Source: Lysobacterales bacterium
Lineage (GTDB): Bacteria > Pseudomonadota > Gammaproteobacteria > Xanthomonadales > SZUA-38
DNA: 64,000 nucleotides
Direction of reading: 5' to 3'
Assembly: GCA_030065125.1 (NCBI GenBank)
Contig: JASJDM010000016.1
Location: forward strand, 52,328 to 116,327
Shown: positions 29,677 to 38,728 of the stretch, in pieces
Numbering within the stretch: the stretch's first letter is position 1
How the letters are laid out: every line of letters begins with the position of its first letter
Notes under the pieces: generated by a model
Told to the model about the DNA's origin: nothing
Database searches by the model: none
What the model saw: the letters and a program-made list of their open reading frames with translations, nothing else
Position numbers and translations under genes: made by a program

Positions 29677-29838
29677 CTAGCAGGATGTTGAAAAACCCGT
29701 CCATGGCTTTTTCAACAAAGCCAACGGCAAATGCGATTTGCCATTGGCTCACATTTTCAATGACTTACAGTTATCGAATACGCCGGTACCTCCCTGGTCC
29801 GGCGGAGCCTGCCGAAAAATTCCGTTTTTCAACAACCT
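29677..29838. mobile_element. MITE-like element with imperfect terminal inverted repeats
   Basis: AGGATGTTGAAAAA (29682-29695) versus TTTTTCAACAACCT (29825-29838), 13/14 inverted match; a third inner copy TTTTTCAACA at 29708-29717; CTAG at 29677-29680; no coding capacity. Confidence 0.5.
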
Positions 29839-29940
29839 CCCAGCCCGGCTGAATCATGCCACGCGGGTTCAGGAGTTAATCAGCCCGGGGGCTCACCGGC
29901 GCAGCTGAAACGGCGCCGATTCCCCGGCGCCGGCATAAGG

Positions 29941-30177
29941 TCATGCGACCCGACGCTTGTCCGCGGTAATCTCCCGCATCTGGTTGATCGTCCCCAACAT
30001 GCCCTGCAGATGTTCCAGATCGTCGACCAGGCTGCCGGGATCCCGGCCAATGGCCCGCAAGCCGACAATCACGCGCATCAGTCGCCGATGCTGCTCAAAC
30101 AGTTCGTCGTATGCCTGGTTCCAATCCGGCAGTTCGGTGGTCTTGGGCGCCTTGGCACCTGAATATGCGCGGTTCAT
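29941..30177 (-). CDS. Small hypothetical helical protein
   Basis: 78-aa ORF; ATG overlaps the upstream stop (ATGA, 30174-30177); amphipathic helices. Confidence 0.55.
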   Translation of the reverse strand: MNRAYSGAKAPKTTELPDWNQAYDELFEQHRRLMRVIVGLRAIGRDPGSLVDDLEHLQGMLGTINQMREITADKRRVA

Positions 30178-30332
30178 GACGTCATCACCAGCCGCAGGTT
30201 GCGGCGCTCGATGGCAATGGCTTTCATCAGCGTGCGCAGCCTGGGCGCGCTGGACGGATCAGCCGACATGGACAGTCGAATCAATTGCGCCTGCAGCTGA
30301 CGAATTCTTTTTTCAATGGCTATTCTTCGCAT
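30174..30332 (-). CDS. Small basic coiled-coil protein
   Basis: GGGGAGG RBS precedes the ATG at 30332; MRRIAIEKRIRQLQAQLIRLS...LMKAIAIERRNLRLVMTS (52 aa). Confidence 0.55.
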   Translation of the reverse strand: MRRIAIEKRIRQLQAQLIRLSMSADPSSAPRLRTLMKAIAIERRNLRLVMTS

Positions 30333-30457
30333 GGAGTCTACCTCCCCGTGGCCCGTGTTGGATCGCTGTGATTCCGTCAAGGCGTGAATGCCGCGACCTC
30401 CATTGTTATTCTAGGGAAGGGAAGCAGTTTGGGGGATCGCCAGATGGCGGTCTGCGT

Positions 30458-30473
30458 GTAGGAAAATTCCTAC
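30458..30473. promoter_or_regulatory. Palindrome in the divergent promoter (small ORFs / mscS)
   Basis: GTAGGAA-AA-TTCCTAC, a 7-bp inverted repeat; operator role is inference. Confidence 0.25.
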
Positions 30474-30525
30474 CCCGACTGTGGCATAACCCTGGAAATG
30501 TGACTGAGTTGGCGAAATAGACATC

Positions 30526-31692
30526 GTGCAGGACCCCCAGACCACCCCTCCCGCATCGGCCCCGGACTCCGATCCGGCAACCGACCTGAGTCTGCTGATC
30601 GATCCCGCCAGCTGGCTGCCCGAGCCGCTGCAGCCCCTGTGGGGCGCACTGCAGGACTATCCATTTCTGAGGGCACTGGGCATCGCCCTGATCGGTCTGC
30701 TGGCTGCGTACCTGGTACGCTGGGTCTTCCGTTCAGTGGCCTCCCGGCTGGCGGGCCGGACCAAGACCGACGTGGACGATAAGATCCTGCTTCACGTCAG
30801 CCGACCTATCTTTCTCAGCGTTTTTTACGGGTCCCTGTGCCTGGCCATGATCAGCCTCGGCGTGGCCGAACAGGCGACCACCGTGGTGGTCCGGGTGCTG
30901 CTGTCACTGATGGCGCTGGTGTGGATGGTGGCAGGCTTTCGGGTGTCCCGGGTGCTGCTGGCCTCACTGGCCCGGCACAAACACCGCTTCGAGATTGTCC
31001 AGGACCGCACCATCCCGCTGTTCGATATTGTGTCCAAGCTGCTGGTGGTCCTGCTCGGCAGCTATGTCATCCTGCAGATCTGGAACATTGACGCCACTGC
31101 CTGGCTGGCTTCTGCCGGGGTTGTGGGCATCGCTGTGGGTTTTGCCGCCAAGGACACCCTGGCCAACCTGTTTTCCGGCGTGTTTATCGTGGTGGACACG
31201 CCCTACAAGCTGGGCGATTACGTCAACCTGGACAGCGGTGAGCGCGGCATGGTGACCCACGTCGGCATGCGCAGCACACGCATACTGACCCGTGACGATA
31301 TTGAAATCACCATTCCCAACGCGGTCATCGCCAACGAAAAAATCGTCAATGAGAGCGCCGGGCGCTGGGTCAAGCGCAGGCTGCGAATCAAGGTGGGCGC
31401 CGCCTATGGCTCTGACCTGGACCTGGTGTGCGATACGCTGATGCAGGTGGCCCGGGACAACAGCGATGTCTGCCAGGAGCCGCCCGCCCGGGTGCGCATG
31501 CGCAGCTTCGGCGACTCAGCCATCGACTTCGAGCTGTTGTGCTGGATCGACCACCCGGAAGATCGAGGCAAAATCACCCATGACCTGCTGATGGCCGTTT
31601 ACCGCTATTTCCAGGCCGCGGATATCGAAATCCCCTACTCCAAGCACGATCTGTACATCAAGGAAATGCCGTCGGCAACCACCGCCGACTGA
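30526..31692 (+). CDS. Small-conductance mechanosensitive channel family protein
   Basis: LASAGVVGIAVGFAAKDTLANLFSG, PYKLGDYV, VGMRSTRI, TIPNAVI, FGDSAIDFEL, IEIPY. Confidence 0.9.
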   Translation: MQDPQTTPPASAPDSDPATDLSLLIDPASWLPEPLQPLWGALQDYPFLRALGIALIGLLAAYLVRWVFRSVASRLAGRTKTDVDDKILLHVSRPIFLSVFYGSLCLAMISLGVAEQATTVVVRVLLSLMALVWMVAGFRVSRVLLASLARHKHRFEIVQDRTIPLFDIVSKLLVVLLGSYVILQIWNIDATAWLASAGVVGIAVGFAAKDTLANLFSGVFIVVDTPYKLGDYVNLDSGERGMVTHVGMRSTRILTRDDIEITIPNAVIANEKIVNESAGRWVKRRLRIKVGAAYGSDLDLVCDTLMQVARDNSDVCQEPPARVRMRSFGDSAIDFELLCWIDHPEDRGKITHDLLMAVYRYFQAADIEIPYSKHDLYIKEMPSATTAD

Positions 31693-31698
31693 TTCCGG

Positions 31699-32637
31699 GT
31701 GATCAACACGGTTACCATATTCCTGGCCGGACTGGTGCTGCTCTACGCCGGTGGTGAGTCGCTGGTGCGTGGCGCAGCGTCGCTGGGTCTGCGTCTTGGC
31801 ATGACGCCGCTGGTCGTGGGCCTGACCATCGTCGCGTTTGCCACCAGTGCCCCGGAACTGCTGGTCACCACCCAGGCGGCGCTGCAGGGAGAAGGCGGAC
31901 TGGCCGTGGGCAACGTGGTGGGGTCCAACATCTGCAATATTGGCCTGATCCTGGGCATCACTACCCTGGTGCGCCCTACCCGGATCGACGTCAAGCTGGT
32001 GCGGCTGGACGTGCCGGTCATGCTGGGGGCCTCGGTGCTGCTGGCCCTGCTGCTGATCGATTCACGGGTCACCCGGATCGAGGGTACCCTGCTGTTGCTG
32101 GGGCTGGTGAGCTACATGGCCTACACGGTTTACCAATCCCGCAAGGCCGGCAGGTGGGAACAGCAGGAGTTCGAGGAAAGTGTGCCCCAGGAGCACAGCA
32201 CCATTCTCAGCGTGATCCAGGTTGTGGGCGGCGTTTTGCTGCTGGTTTATGGCGGCAAACTGTTCGTGGACGGGGCCGTGGATATTGCGGCCAGCCTGGG
32301 GGTTCCTGCCGCCATCATCGGCCTGTCGGTGGTCTCAATCGGCACCAGTATTCCTGAACTGGCCACCTCCATCGTCGCCGCGGTCCGAGGTCACAGCGAC
32401 CTGGCCGCGGGCAACCTGGTGGGTTCCAACATCTTCAACGTGTGTTCGGTGCTGGGCCTGACGGCCCTGGTCAGTCCCCTGGATGCCGGCCAGGTCACCT
32501 GGATCGATCTGGGGGTGATGCTGGCCGCCAGTGCCCTGACCATGCGGCTGATGTTCACCGCGGCACGCATCGAACGATGGGAGGGTGGCATCCTGCTGCT
32601 GGGATACCTGACCTACCTGACCTGGCTGTTCGTTTGA
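31699..32637 (+). CDS. Calcium/sodium antiporter (CaCA, YrbG-like)
   Basis: Alpha-1 GLTIVAFATSAPEL...GNVVGSNICN and alpha-2 SIGTSIPELATS...GNLVGSNIFN repeats. Confidence 0.92.
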   Translation: MINTVTIFLAGLVLLYAGGESLVRGAASLGLRLGMTPLVVGLTIVAFATSAPELLVTTQAALQGEGGLAVGNVVGSNICNIGLILGITTLVRPTRIDVKLVRLDVPVMLGASVLLALLLIDSRVTRIEGTLLLLGLVSYMAYTVYQSRKAGRWEQQEFEESVPQEHSTILSVIQVVGGVLLLVYGGKLFVDGAVDIAASLGVPAAIIGLSVVSIGTSIPELATSIVAAVRGHSDLAAGNLVGSNIFNVCSVLGLTALVSPLDAGQVTWIDLGVMLAASALTMRLMFTAARIERWEGGILLLGYLTYLTWLFV

Positions 32638-32671
32638 TCCGCCTTTCGGATCGGCAGGCGCTCCCGGGGCT

Positions 32672-33784
32672 TTACTGCATCTGAAACTGCAGGAACCGGG
32701 GCGCAACGCGGGAGGAGAACAGGCCGCTCAGGCTGGAACCTGAACCCGCCTTGATCAGCTGAGCCGCATCCATCTGAAATTCATCAGCCGGCAGCGCGCG
32801 CCGGATTGTCAGTGCCACATCGGAATTCCGGTTGAATTCCATCATGTTGATGGGCCGGTAGCGCGGCAGGTCCTTGCCATCGTGATCGCGCACCAGCACG
32901 ATGCGAGGCTGGGTCCGGTTGGCGGAATTCTGGGCCTGGACCACGGCGACCTCGCCGGTATTGAGTTCCACCAGGGTGCCGTTGGGGTAAACACCCACCG
33001 CCCGCACAAACTCTTCCACCAGCTGGGTGGGGAACAGCACGTCCCGCTGCTGGTACAGGTAATCCATGGCCTCGCAGGGGGTCAGCACCCGGTCTGTGTA
33101 AGGCTTGATGCTGATCATGCTGTCAAACCACTCCACCATGCCCAGCAGCCTGGCCAGGGCCGGAATCTGGTCACCCTGACGGGCGCCGGGGATGCCGGTC
33201 CCGTTAAATCGCTCCTGGTGGTTTTCGATGATTTCGATCACTTCGTCCTTGACCGAGTCAGCCGCGCGCAGCAATTCCGACGCGGGCTGAACGTGATTGC
33301 GGATTCGATCCAGCTCGTCCGCCTGCAGCGGGCCGGATTTCTCCAGCAGCTTCATGGGCAGCTTGGTTTTGCCGATCTGGCACAGCAGCCCGCCCATGGC
33401 AAGGCGCCGCAACTGGGCCTCGGCCAGCCCCATGCTGCGTCCCAGCACAGCGGCAAGAGCGGCAGTTCGGACCGCGTGGCCGACCCAGTAATTGTCCGGG
33501 TGCGGATGCAGGCGACACATCCAGACCATGGCGTCAGGGTGGCGAATGATGCTGTCGATCATCCGCTCCATGGGTTTGTCCAGGGAAGTGGCGCTCAGGG
33601 CGCGGCCCACGCGAACATCGGCATACACCTGGTCGGTGGCACGGCACAGGGCGCGGTAAATGCCCTGGGCCCGCTTCAGCTCACCGCGAAAACCCTGAGG
33701 TTCCGGGTAATAGCCTGGCCGGGTGGGAATAGCGGTGCTTGGTGCAGTTCCGAGCTCCAGTTCCACTGTGTCGAAGTGTTCCAT
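32672..33784 (-). CDS. Degenerate HD-GYP domain protein
   Basis: HD-GYP scaffold (GHAVR, IGK, HQERFNGTGIP, FDSM..KPY, GVYPNGTLVELNTGEVAVV), but HD is CQ and GYP is GIP. Confidence 0.8.
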   Translation of the reverse strand: MEHFDTVELELGTAPSTAIPTRPGYYPEPQGFRGELKRAQGIYRALCRATDQVYADVRVGRALSATSLDKPMERMIDSIIRHPDAMVWMCRLHPHPDNYWVGHAVRTAALAAVLGRSMGLAEAQLRRLAMGGLLCQIGKTKLPMKLLEKSGPLQADELDRIRNHVQPASELLRAADSVKDEVIEIIENHQERFNGTGIPGARQGDQIPALARLLGMVEWFDSMISIKPYTDRVLTPCEAMDYLYQQRDVLFPTQLVEEFVRAVGVYPNGTLVELNTGEVAVVQAQNSANRTQPRIVLVRDHDGKDLPRYRPINMMEFNRNSDVALTIRRALPADEFQMDAAQLIKAGSGSSLSGLFSSRVAPRFLQFQMQ

Positions 33785-33905
33785 CTTCCTGCTGCCGATT
33801 CCGTTTCTGACAGCCCATACTATGTACCAAAAGCCCGTCTACGTGTTTGAACGATTGTTTCAATGAAACGCAGCCGTGCCGGGGCGAAAATCGGCCGGAC
33901 AAATC

Positions 33906-34751
33906 TCATGCGACCAGTGAGCCATCCCGGTAGTCCGCCAGCGCCTGCTGAATCTCGGCAGATGTGTTCATCACGAAGGGACCATGCTGAACGATGGGTT
34001 CCCCTATGGGTCGCCCCGCCAGCAGTATCAGGCGGGCAGCCGATGTCCCGGTACTGATCGATACCCGGCTCCCGGGCGACAGGATTCCAGCAACCCGGCA
34101 ACCCAGTTCCATTGCCTCCTGCCCCACCTCTACTGAACCCTCGTAGGGATAGACAAACGCCACGTGGTGCTCGGGCAGATCCTGCTCGAACCGCGCGCCC
34201 GGCGCCAGCTGCAGATCGAGAAAAACGGGCTCGGTGCTCAGTCCGTTGATGGGGCCGGTGACAGGGCCGGATGCGCCCTGGTACACCCCGGCGATCACCT
34301 TGATCGCCAGCCGGTCCTCCCGCACGGAGGGTATGTCCTCCGCAGGTATGTCCCGGTAGGCCGCCGGCTTCATTTTTTCCGCCGCCGGAAGGTTGATCCA
34401 GAGCTGGAATCCGCGCATGCGCCCTTCCTCCTGCTGCGGCATCTCGGAATGAATGACCCCGCGTCCGGCGGTCATCCATTGCACCCCACCCTGGGTCAAT
34501 TCACCGACATTGCCCATGTGATCCTCGTGCCGCATATGGCCGTCCAGCATGTAGGTGACTGTCTCGAATCCCCGGTGCGGATGGGGTGGGAAGCCAGCGA
34601 TGTAATCTTCCGGTCGATCGGTACCAAATTCGTCCAGCATCAGGAAGGGGTCCAGATGGGATGACGCACCGATACTCCGGCGCAGTTTCACCCCGGCCCC
34701 ATCAGAGGTTTCGACGGCCGGGATTTTTCGAGCCAGGGTGCGGTAGGACAT
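33906..34751 (-). CDS. Pirin family protein
   Basis: DPFLMLDEF, GFPPHPHRGFETVTY, HEDHMGN, QWMTAGRGVIHSE, FQLWINLP, GPFVMNT. Confidence 0.93.
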   Translation of the reverse strand: MSYRTLARKIPAVETSDGAGVKLRRSIGASSHLDPFLMLDEFGTDRPEDYIAGFPPHPHRGFETVTYMLDGHMRHEDHMGNVGELTQGGVQWMTAGRGVIHSEMPQQEEGRMRGFQLWINLPAAEKMKPAAYRDIPAEDIPSVREDRLAIKVIAGVYQGASGPVTGPINGLSTEPVFLDLQLAPGARFEQDLPEHHVAFVYPYEGSVEVGQEAMELGCRVAGILSPGSRVSISTGTSAARLILLAGRPIGEPIVQHGPFVMNTSAEIQQALADYRDGSLVA

Positions 34752-34920
34752 GTCGACTCCAGGCGCCAGGTGACGCTGTCAGGTTGCGGAAATCCGTCCA
34801 GAAGCTTAGACCGGCTCGAGACATTTGGCCACAGCGCCCGGGCGCATGTGCTGATGACTCGCAGTCCGCCCCTGCTTTGTGCAAAATGCGGGTTCATTTT
34901 CCGCAGCCAGAGGCGACATC

Positions 34921-36192
34921 GTGAAAGACGAAACCATTGCCATTCACACAGGTTATGAGACGGATGCCACCACCAAGGCCGTGGCGACCCCCATCTACCA
35001 GACCGTAGCCTACGAGTTCGACGATGCCCAGCATGGCGCGGACCTGTTTAATCTGGCGGTGCCGGGAAACATCTACTCCCGCATCATGAACCCCACCTGC
35101 GACGTGCTGGAGCAGCGGGTCGCAGCGCTGGAGAAGGGCATTGCGGGGCTGGCTCTGTCCGCCGGCAGCGCTGCCATCAACTACTCGATCCTCAACCTGG
35201 CGGAAGCGGGCGACAACATCGTGACGGTACCGCAGCTGTATGGCGGCACCTACACGCTGTTTGCGCACATGCTGCCGAAACAGGGCATTGAGGTGCGTTT
35301 CGCCGAGGATGATTCCCCGGCGTCCCTGGAAAAGCTGATTGACGGCAAGACGAAAGCCGTGTTTTTCGAGTCCATCGGCAATCCGGCCGGAAACATCGTG
35401 GACGTGGCCGCGGTAGCGGCCATGGCGCGCAGCCACGGCGTTGCGACTATCGTCGACAACACCGTGGCGACCCCGGTGCTGCTCAAGCCCATCGAGCACG
35501 GCGTAGACATCGTGGTGCATTCACTGACCAAGTACATGGGCGGTCACGGCACCAGCCTGGGTGGCATCATCGTGGACTCCGGACAATTCCCCTGGACCGA
35601 ACATGCCGAGCGCTACCCGGCCATCAACAACCCGGAGCCGTCTTACCACGGCGTTGTCTTTACCGAGGCCCTGGGACCCGCGGCCTACATCGGCCGCGCC
35701 CGCACCGTGCCGCTGCGCAACACCGGGTCCGCGCTGCCCGCTTTCAATGCCTTCCAGCTGCTGCAGGGCATCGAGACCCTGCCCCTGCGGATGGAGCGCC
35801 ACTGCAGCAACTCCCAGGCCGTAGCCGAGCACCTGAAGGACCACCCCCAGGTGGAGTGGGTCAACTACGCGGGCCTGCCCGGCGACCGTTACCACGACCT
35901 GGCCAACAAGTACATGGACGGCCAGGCCTCGGGCATCCTGACCTTCGGCGTGAAGGGCGGATTTGACGCCGGGGTGAAGTTCTACGACCAGCTGCAGCTG
36001 TTCAAACGCCTGGTCAACATCGGTGACGCCAAGTCCCTGGCCTGCCACCCGGCTTCCACCACCCACCGCCAGCTGTCTGAGGAAGAACAGGCCAGCGTGG
36101 GCGTGACCCCGGAAGCCATCCGGCTGTCCGTGGGCATCGAGTCCATCGATGACATCCTGGAGGATCTGGACCAGGCCCTGGCTGCCAGCTAG
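34921..36192 (+). CDS. metY: O-acetylhomoserine aminocarboxypropyltransferase (sulfhydrylase)
   Basis: PIYQTVAY.F, GNIYSRIMNPT, YGGTYTLF, DIVVHSLTKYMGGHG (PLP Lys), LVNIGDAKSL..HPASTTHRQL. Confidence 0.9.
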   Translation: MKDETIAIHTGYETDATTKAVATPIYQTVAYEFDDAQHGADLFNLAVPGNIYSRIMNPTCDVLEQRVAALEKGIAGLALSAGSAAINYSILNLAEAGDNIVTVPQLYGGTYTLFAHMLPKQGIEVRFAEDDSPASLEKLIDGKTKAVFFESIGNPAGNIVDVAAVAAMARSHGVATIVDNTVATPVLLKPIEHGVDIVVHSLTKYMGGHGTSLGGIIVDSGQFPWTEHAERYPAINNPEPSYHGVVFTEALGPAAYIGRARTVPLRNTGSALPAFNAFQLLQGIETLPLRMERHCSNSQAVAEHLKDHPQVEWVNYAGLPGDRYHDLANKYMDGQASGILTFGVKGGFDAGVKFYDQLQLFKRLVNIGDAKSLACHPASTTHRQLSEEEQASVGVTPEAIRLSVGIESIDDILEDLDQALAAS

Positions 36193-36264
36193 GCACCCGC
36201 CTGGCACTCGGGGCCGGGACTTCCTGGCCCCGCACCACCCGAGGATGTCGTTTACACTGGGCTC

Positions 36265-37455
36265 ATGAAGTTGCTGCGGTTCATGTGGATTCTGTGTGCC
36301 CTGGGCTGGGCCCAGGCCCAGGCCGAGCCGCCCTTTTCCGGCACCATATTCCTCGACCCCGACCTCATCACTGAAGATGATCCCACCGCGTTTGTCTCAC
36401 TGACCGGCAACGGTATGGCCCTGCGAACCATGTTCGATCGCCGGGTCAACCAGTTCATCCAGGTCAACGCCCACCTGTTCGACGCGAGCTATGACGACGG
36501 CCTGAAGATCGAGATCCAGGTCAACGAAGAGTTTAACGCCGCCGAAGCGCTGGCCCAGGCCGAGTTCTACGCTGAGGTGTTTGGCCGCCTACCCACCTCA
36601 CTCCGGCGCGACGTGGAAACCTCCTGGATCCACCGCGGCGACGAGGCGTTTGGGGGCGGCAACAATAATCTTCTAATCCACACCGGATCCCTCGCTGAAG
36701 ACTACATCGCCCGGAGAATACTGGAAGAGACCCTGGTGCACGAAGCCAGCCACACTTCCCTGGATGCGGACCACGCCGCCTCGCCGGGCTGGCTGGCGGC
36801 CCAGGCTGCCGACGGTGAGTTTATCTCCACCTACGCCCGGGACTTTCCCAACCGGGAAGACGTGGCCGAGTCGTTCCTGCTGATCTACGCCCTGGACCAC
36901 CGCCGCGACCGCATCAGTGACGCCATGGCCAACACCATCGCCAGCACCATCCCCAATCGCATCGAGTACTTTCGCGGCGTGCCGCTGGACCTCTATCCCA
37001 ACGGGTCCAACGCCGAAGCCAGCCGCAACGACCAGTACTGGATTGTCGGCCTGGGCAGCTTCAGCGACAGCACCCTGACCGTTGAGCAGGCTACCAGCAC
37101 CAGCGGCGGCGTGTTTGGCGCCAACTTCGACCCTGCTGTCATTCAACGACCTATCTGGGGCCGCATCTCCATCGAGTTCACGGGCTGCGCCTCGGCTGTT
37201 CTCGACTACGAATCCACCACCGACGCGGTCTTTCAAAAGGCCTTTGGCTCTGGCGGCTACGCCCTGGAGCGCCTGCTTCCCAACGCGGGCCAGCGAGGCT
37301 GTGAGGCCGCCGGCTTCGGCAGCACCAACGGTAATGACTGGGTCTCCGGCACCTGGTACGGCGGCGCCGACCGATCGGGCGAAGGATTCCTGATCGACGT
37401 CCTGGAAGACGGATCGGCGTTTGTCGCCTGGTTTACTTACGGCGATCAAAAATAG
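36265..37455 (+). CDS. Secreted protein: zincin-like domain plus C-terminal beta-rich domain
   Basis: Signal peptide; LVHEASH (HExxH) and ISTYA...REDVAESF third-ligand motif; C-terminal WGRISIEFTGC...GSGGY.LERL...SGTWY...SGEGF.I.VL...WFTY unit. Confidence 0.72.
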   Translation: MKLLRFMWILCALGWAQAQAEPPFSGTIFLDPDLITEDDPTAFVSLTGNGMALRTMFDRRVNQFIQVNAHLFDASYDDGLKIEIQVNEEFNAAEALAQAEFYAEVFGRLPTSLRRDVETSWIHRGDEAFGGGNNNLLIHTGSLAEDYIARRILEETLVHEASHTSLDADHAASPGWLAAQAADGEFISTYARDFPNREDVAESFLLIYALDHRRDRISDAMANTIASTIPNRIEYFRGVPLDLYPNGSNAEASRNDQYWIVGLGSFSDSTLTVEQATSTSGGVFGANFDPAVIQRPIWGRISIEFTGCASAVLDYESTTDAVFQKAFGSGGYALERLLPNAGQRGCEAAGFGSTNGNDWVSGTWYGGADRSGEGFLIDVLEDGSAFVAWFTYGDQK

Positions 37456-37843
37456 CGCCCACCCATCCACCAAATCCCGGATCATGATCAAGGCATAGAC
37501 CGGTTAATGTTTCTCTGTCATCCGCCGGTCCGGAACCCATCTGAGCACCAGAAGCCCCAACGCAATCCGCCTAATCCACGCATAGGCAAATAATCGCCGC
37601 CTCAACCGACACGTTCCCAACTTGAGAGGTCGAACGGAATCCGCAAAGCATTGAATCGGTCTCAGTTTCGGGCTGAGGGGCCCTGATTGCCTCCAGGGTC
37701 AGCCTGCAGTGACGGGCGACGAAATGGCCGACCCGAGCTAATGGCACTGGCCGCAACACAGCGGCGATGTCGCACAATCCAATCCGGGCTAATCGCCGAT
37801 GGTTACGAGGCGCCCTGGTAAGCGGCCTGGATTCGCGATTGGA

Positions 37844-38728
37844 TCAACGCCTCAGGTAATACCCCAGAAAGCGGGTGGCCTCGCGGATGGCCGAGTTATT
37901 CAGCGTAAACATGGAGATGTGGCCCAGGTAGGGCACCACGTACAACTCCACGGGAACGCCGGCCCGGTCCATGGCGGCCTTGAGGTTTTTCGCCTGGTCG
38001 GGGCTGACCAGGGTGTCGATGCCGCCGTGGTACAGAAAGGTCGGCGCGTCGCCTTCCGTGACGTGGGTGATGGGGGAAGCGCCGTCCCAGGCGTCGGGGT
38101 TGTCGCCGTAGCTGGAGCCCATGAGCTGGGTGGTCAGGTCACCGTCGGGCCAAACCCTCAGGTCAGAAGGAGTACCGCCGGCCACCACGGCCTGGATACG
38201 GGTGGCTCTACCGCCGTAAGGCTGGTCCAGGGGGTCGCCGTCGTCGATGACCCCCAGCAGGGTAACCAGGTGGGCGCCGGCGGAATAGCCAAAGCCCCCG
38301 ATGCGGTCGGTATCCACCTGGAGCTTGGCGGCATGCTGGTGAATCCAGCGCATGGCCTGCTGCAGGTCGTGCAGCTGGGCCGGCCAGCGGTGTGCCGGGG
38401 CAAAACGATAACTGATATTGACCGCCACGAAACCGTGGCGGGCCAGGTAGCTGGCGATCTCATCCATGTCCTGGCGCTTGCGCCGTTCCCAGCCGCCGCC
38501 GTGGACCACCAGCACCGCGGGGTGCGGTCCGGACCGCTGGGGAATGTAGACGTCGGCCGCTATGGGTTCGGGCCAGTCTTCGGGGGTATACACCTGGTCC
38601 CACAGGACCCGGAATTCGCCGGTCTCCAGCGTGATCTGTTTGTCAGCCGTGAGCCCGGTGTGGCTGGCGCAGGCACAGAGCGCCAGCGTCGTTGCGGCCA
38701 GCAACAGGGCACAAAACCCGTCACCCAT
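37844..38728 (-). CDS. Alpha/beta hydrolase (esterase/lipase), probable lipoprotein
   Basis: LALCAC lipobox-like segment; VHGGGW, GYSAGAHL nucleophile elbow, HGGID.LV, HISMF. Confidence 0.85.
   Translation of the reverse strand: MGDGFCALLLAATTLALCACASHTGLTADKQITLETGEFRVLWDQVYTPEDWPEPIAADVYIPQRSGPHPAVLVVHGGGWERRKRQDMDEIASYLARHGFVAVNISYRFAPAHRWPAQLHDLQQAMRWIHQHAAKLQVDTDRIGGFGYSAGAHLVTLLGVIDDGDPLDQPYGGRATRIQAVVAGGTPSDLRVWPDGDLTTQLMGSSYGDNPDAWDGASPITHVTEGDAPTFLYHGGIDTLVSPDQAKNLKAAMDRAGVPVELYVVPYLGHISMFTLNNSAIREATRFLGYYLRR

Noticed and set aside
34752-34920. SAM/SAH riboswitch upstream of metY
   Set aside because: Only generic alternative hairpins (AAAATG/CATTTT versus TGCGG/CCGCA); no SAM-I, SAM-II, SAM-SAH or SAH core recognised.
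36210-36231. Intrinsic terminator after metY
   Set aside because: A GC-rich hairpin is present but there is no U-tract, so it is not called.
37453-37590. Stop-codon readthrough or frameshift extending the zincin-like gene
   Set aside because: The sequence past the TAG does not continue the expected Q.W..G.G repeat in the frame checked and loses the host codon bias.
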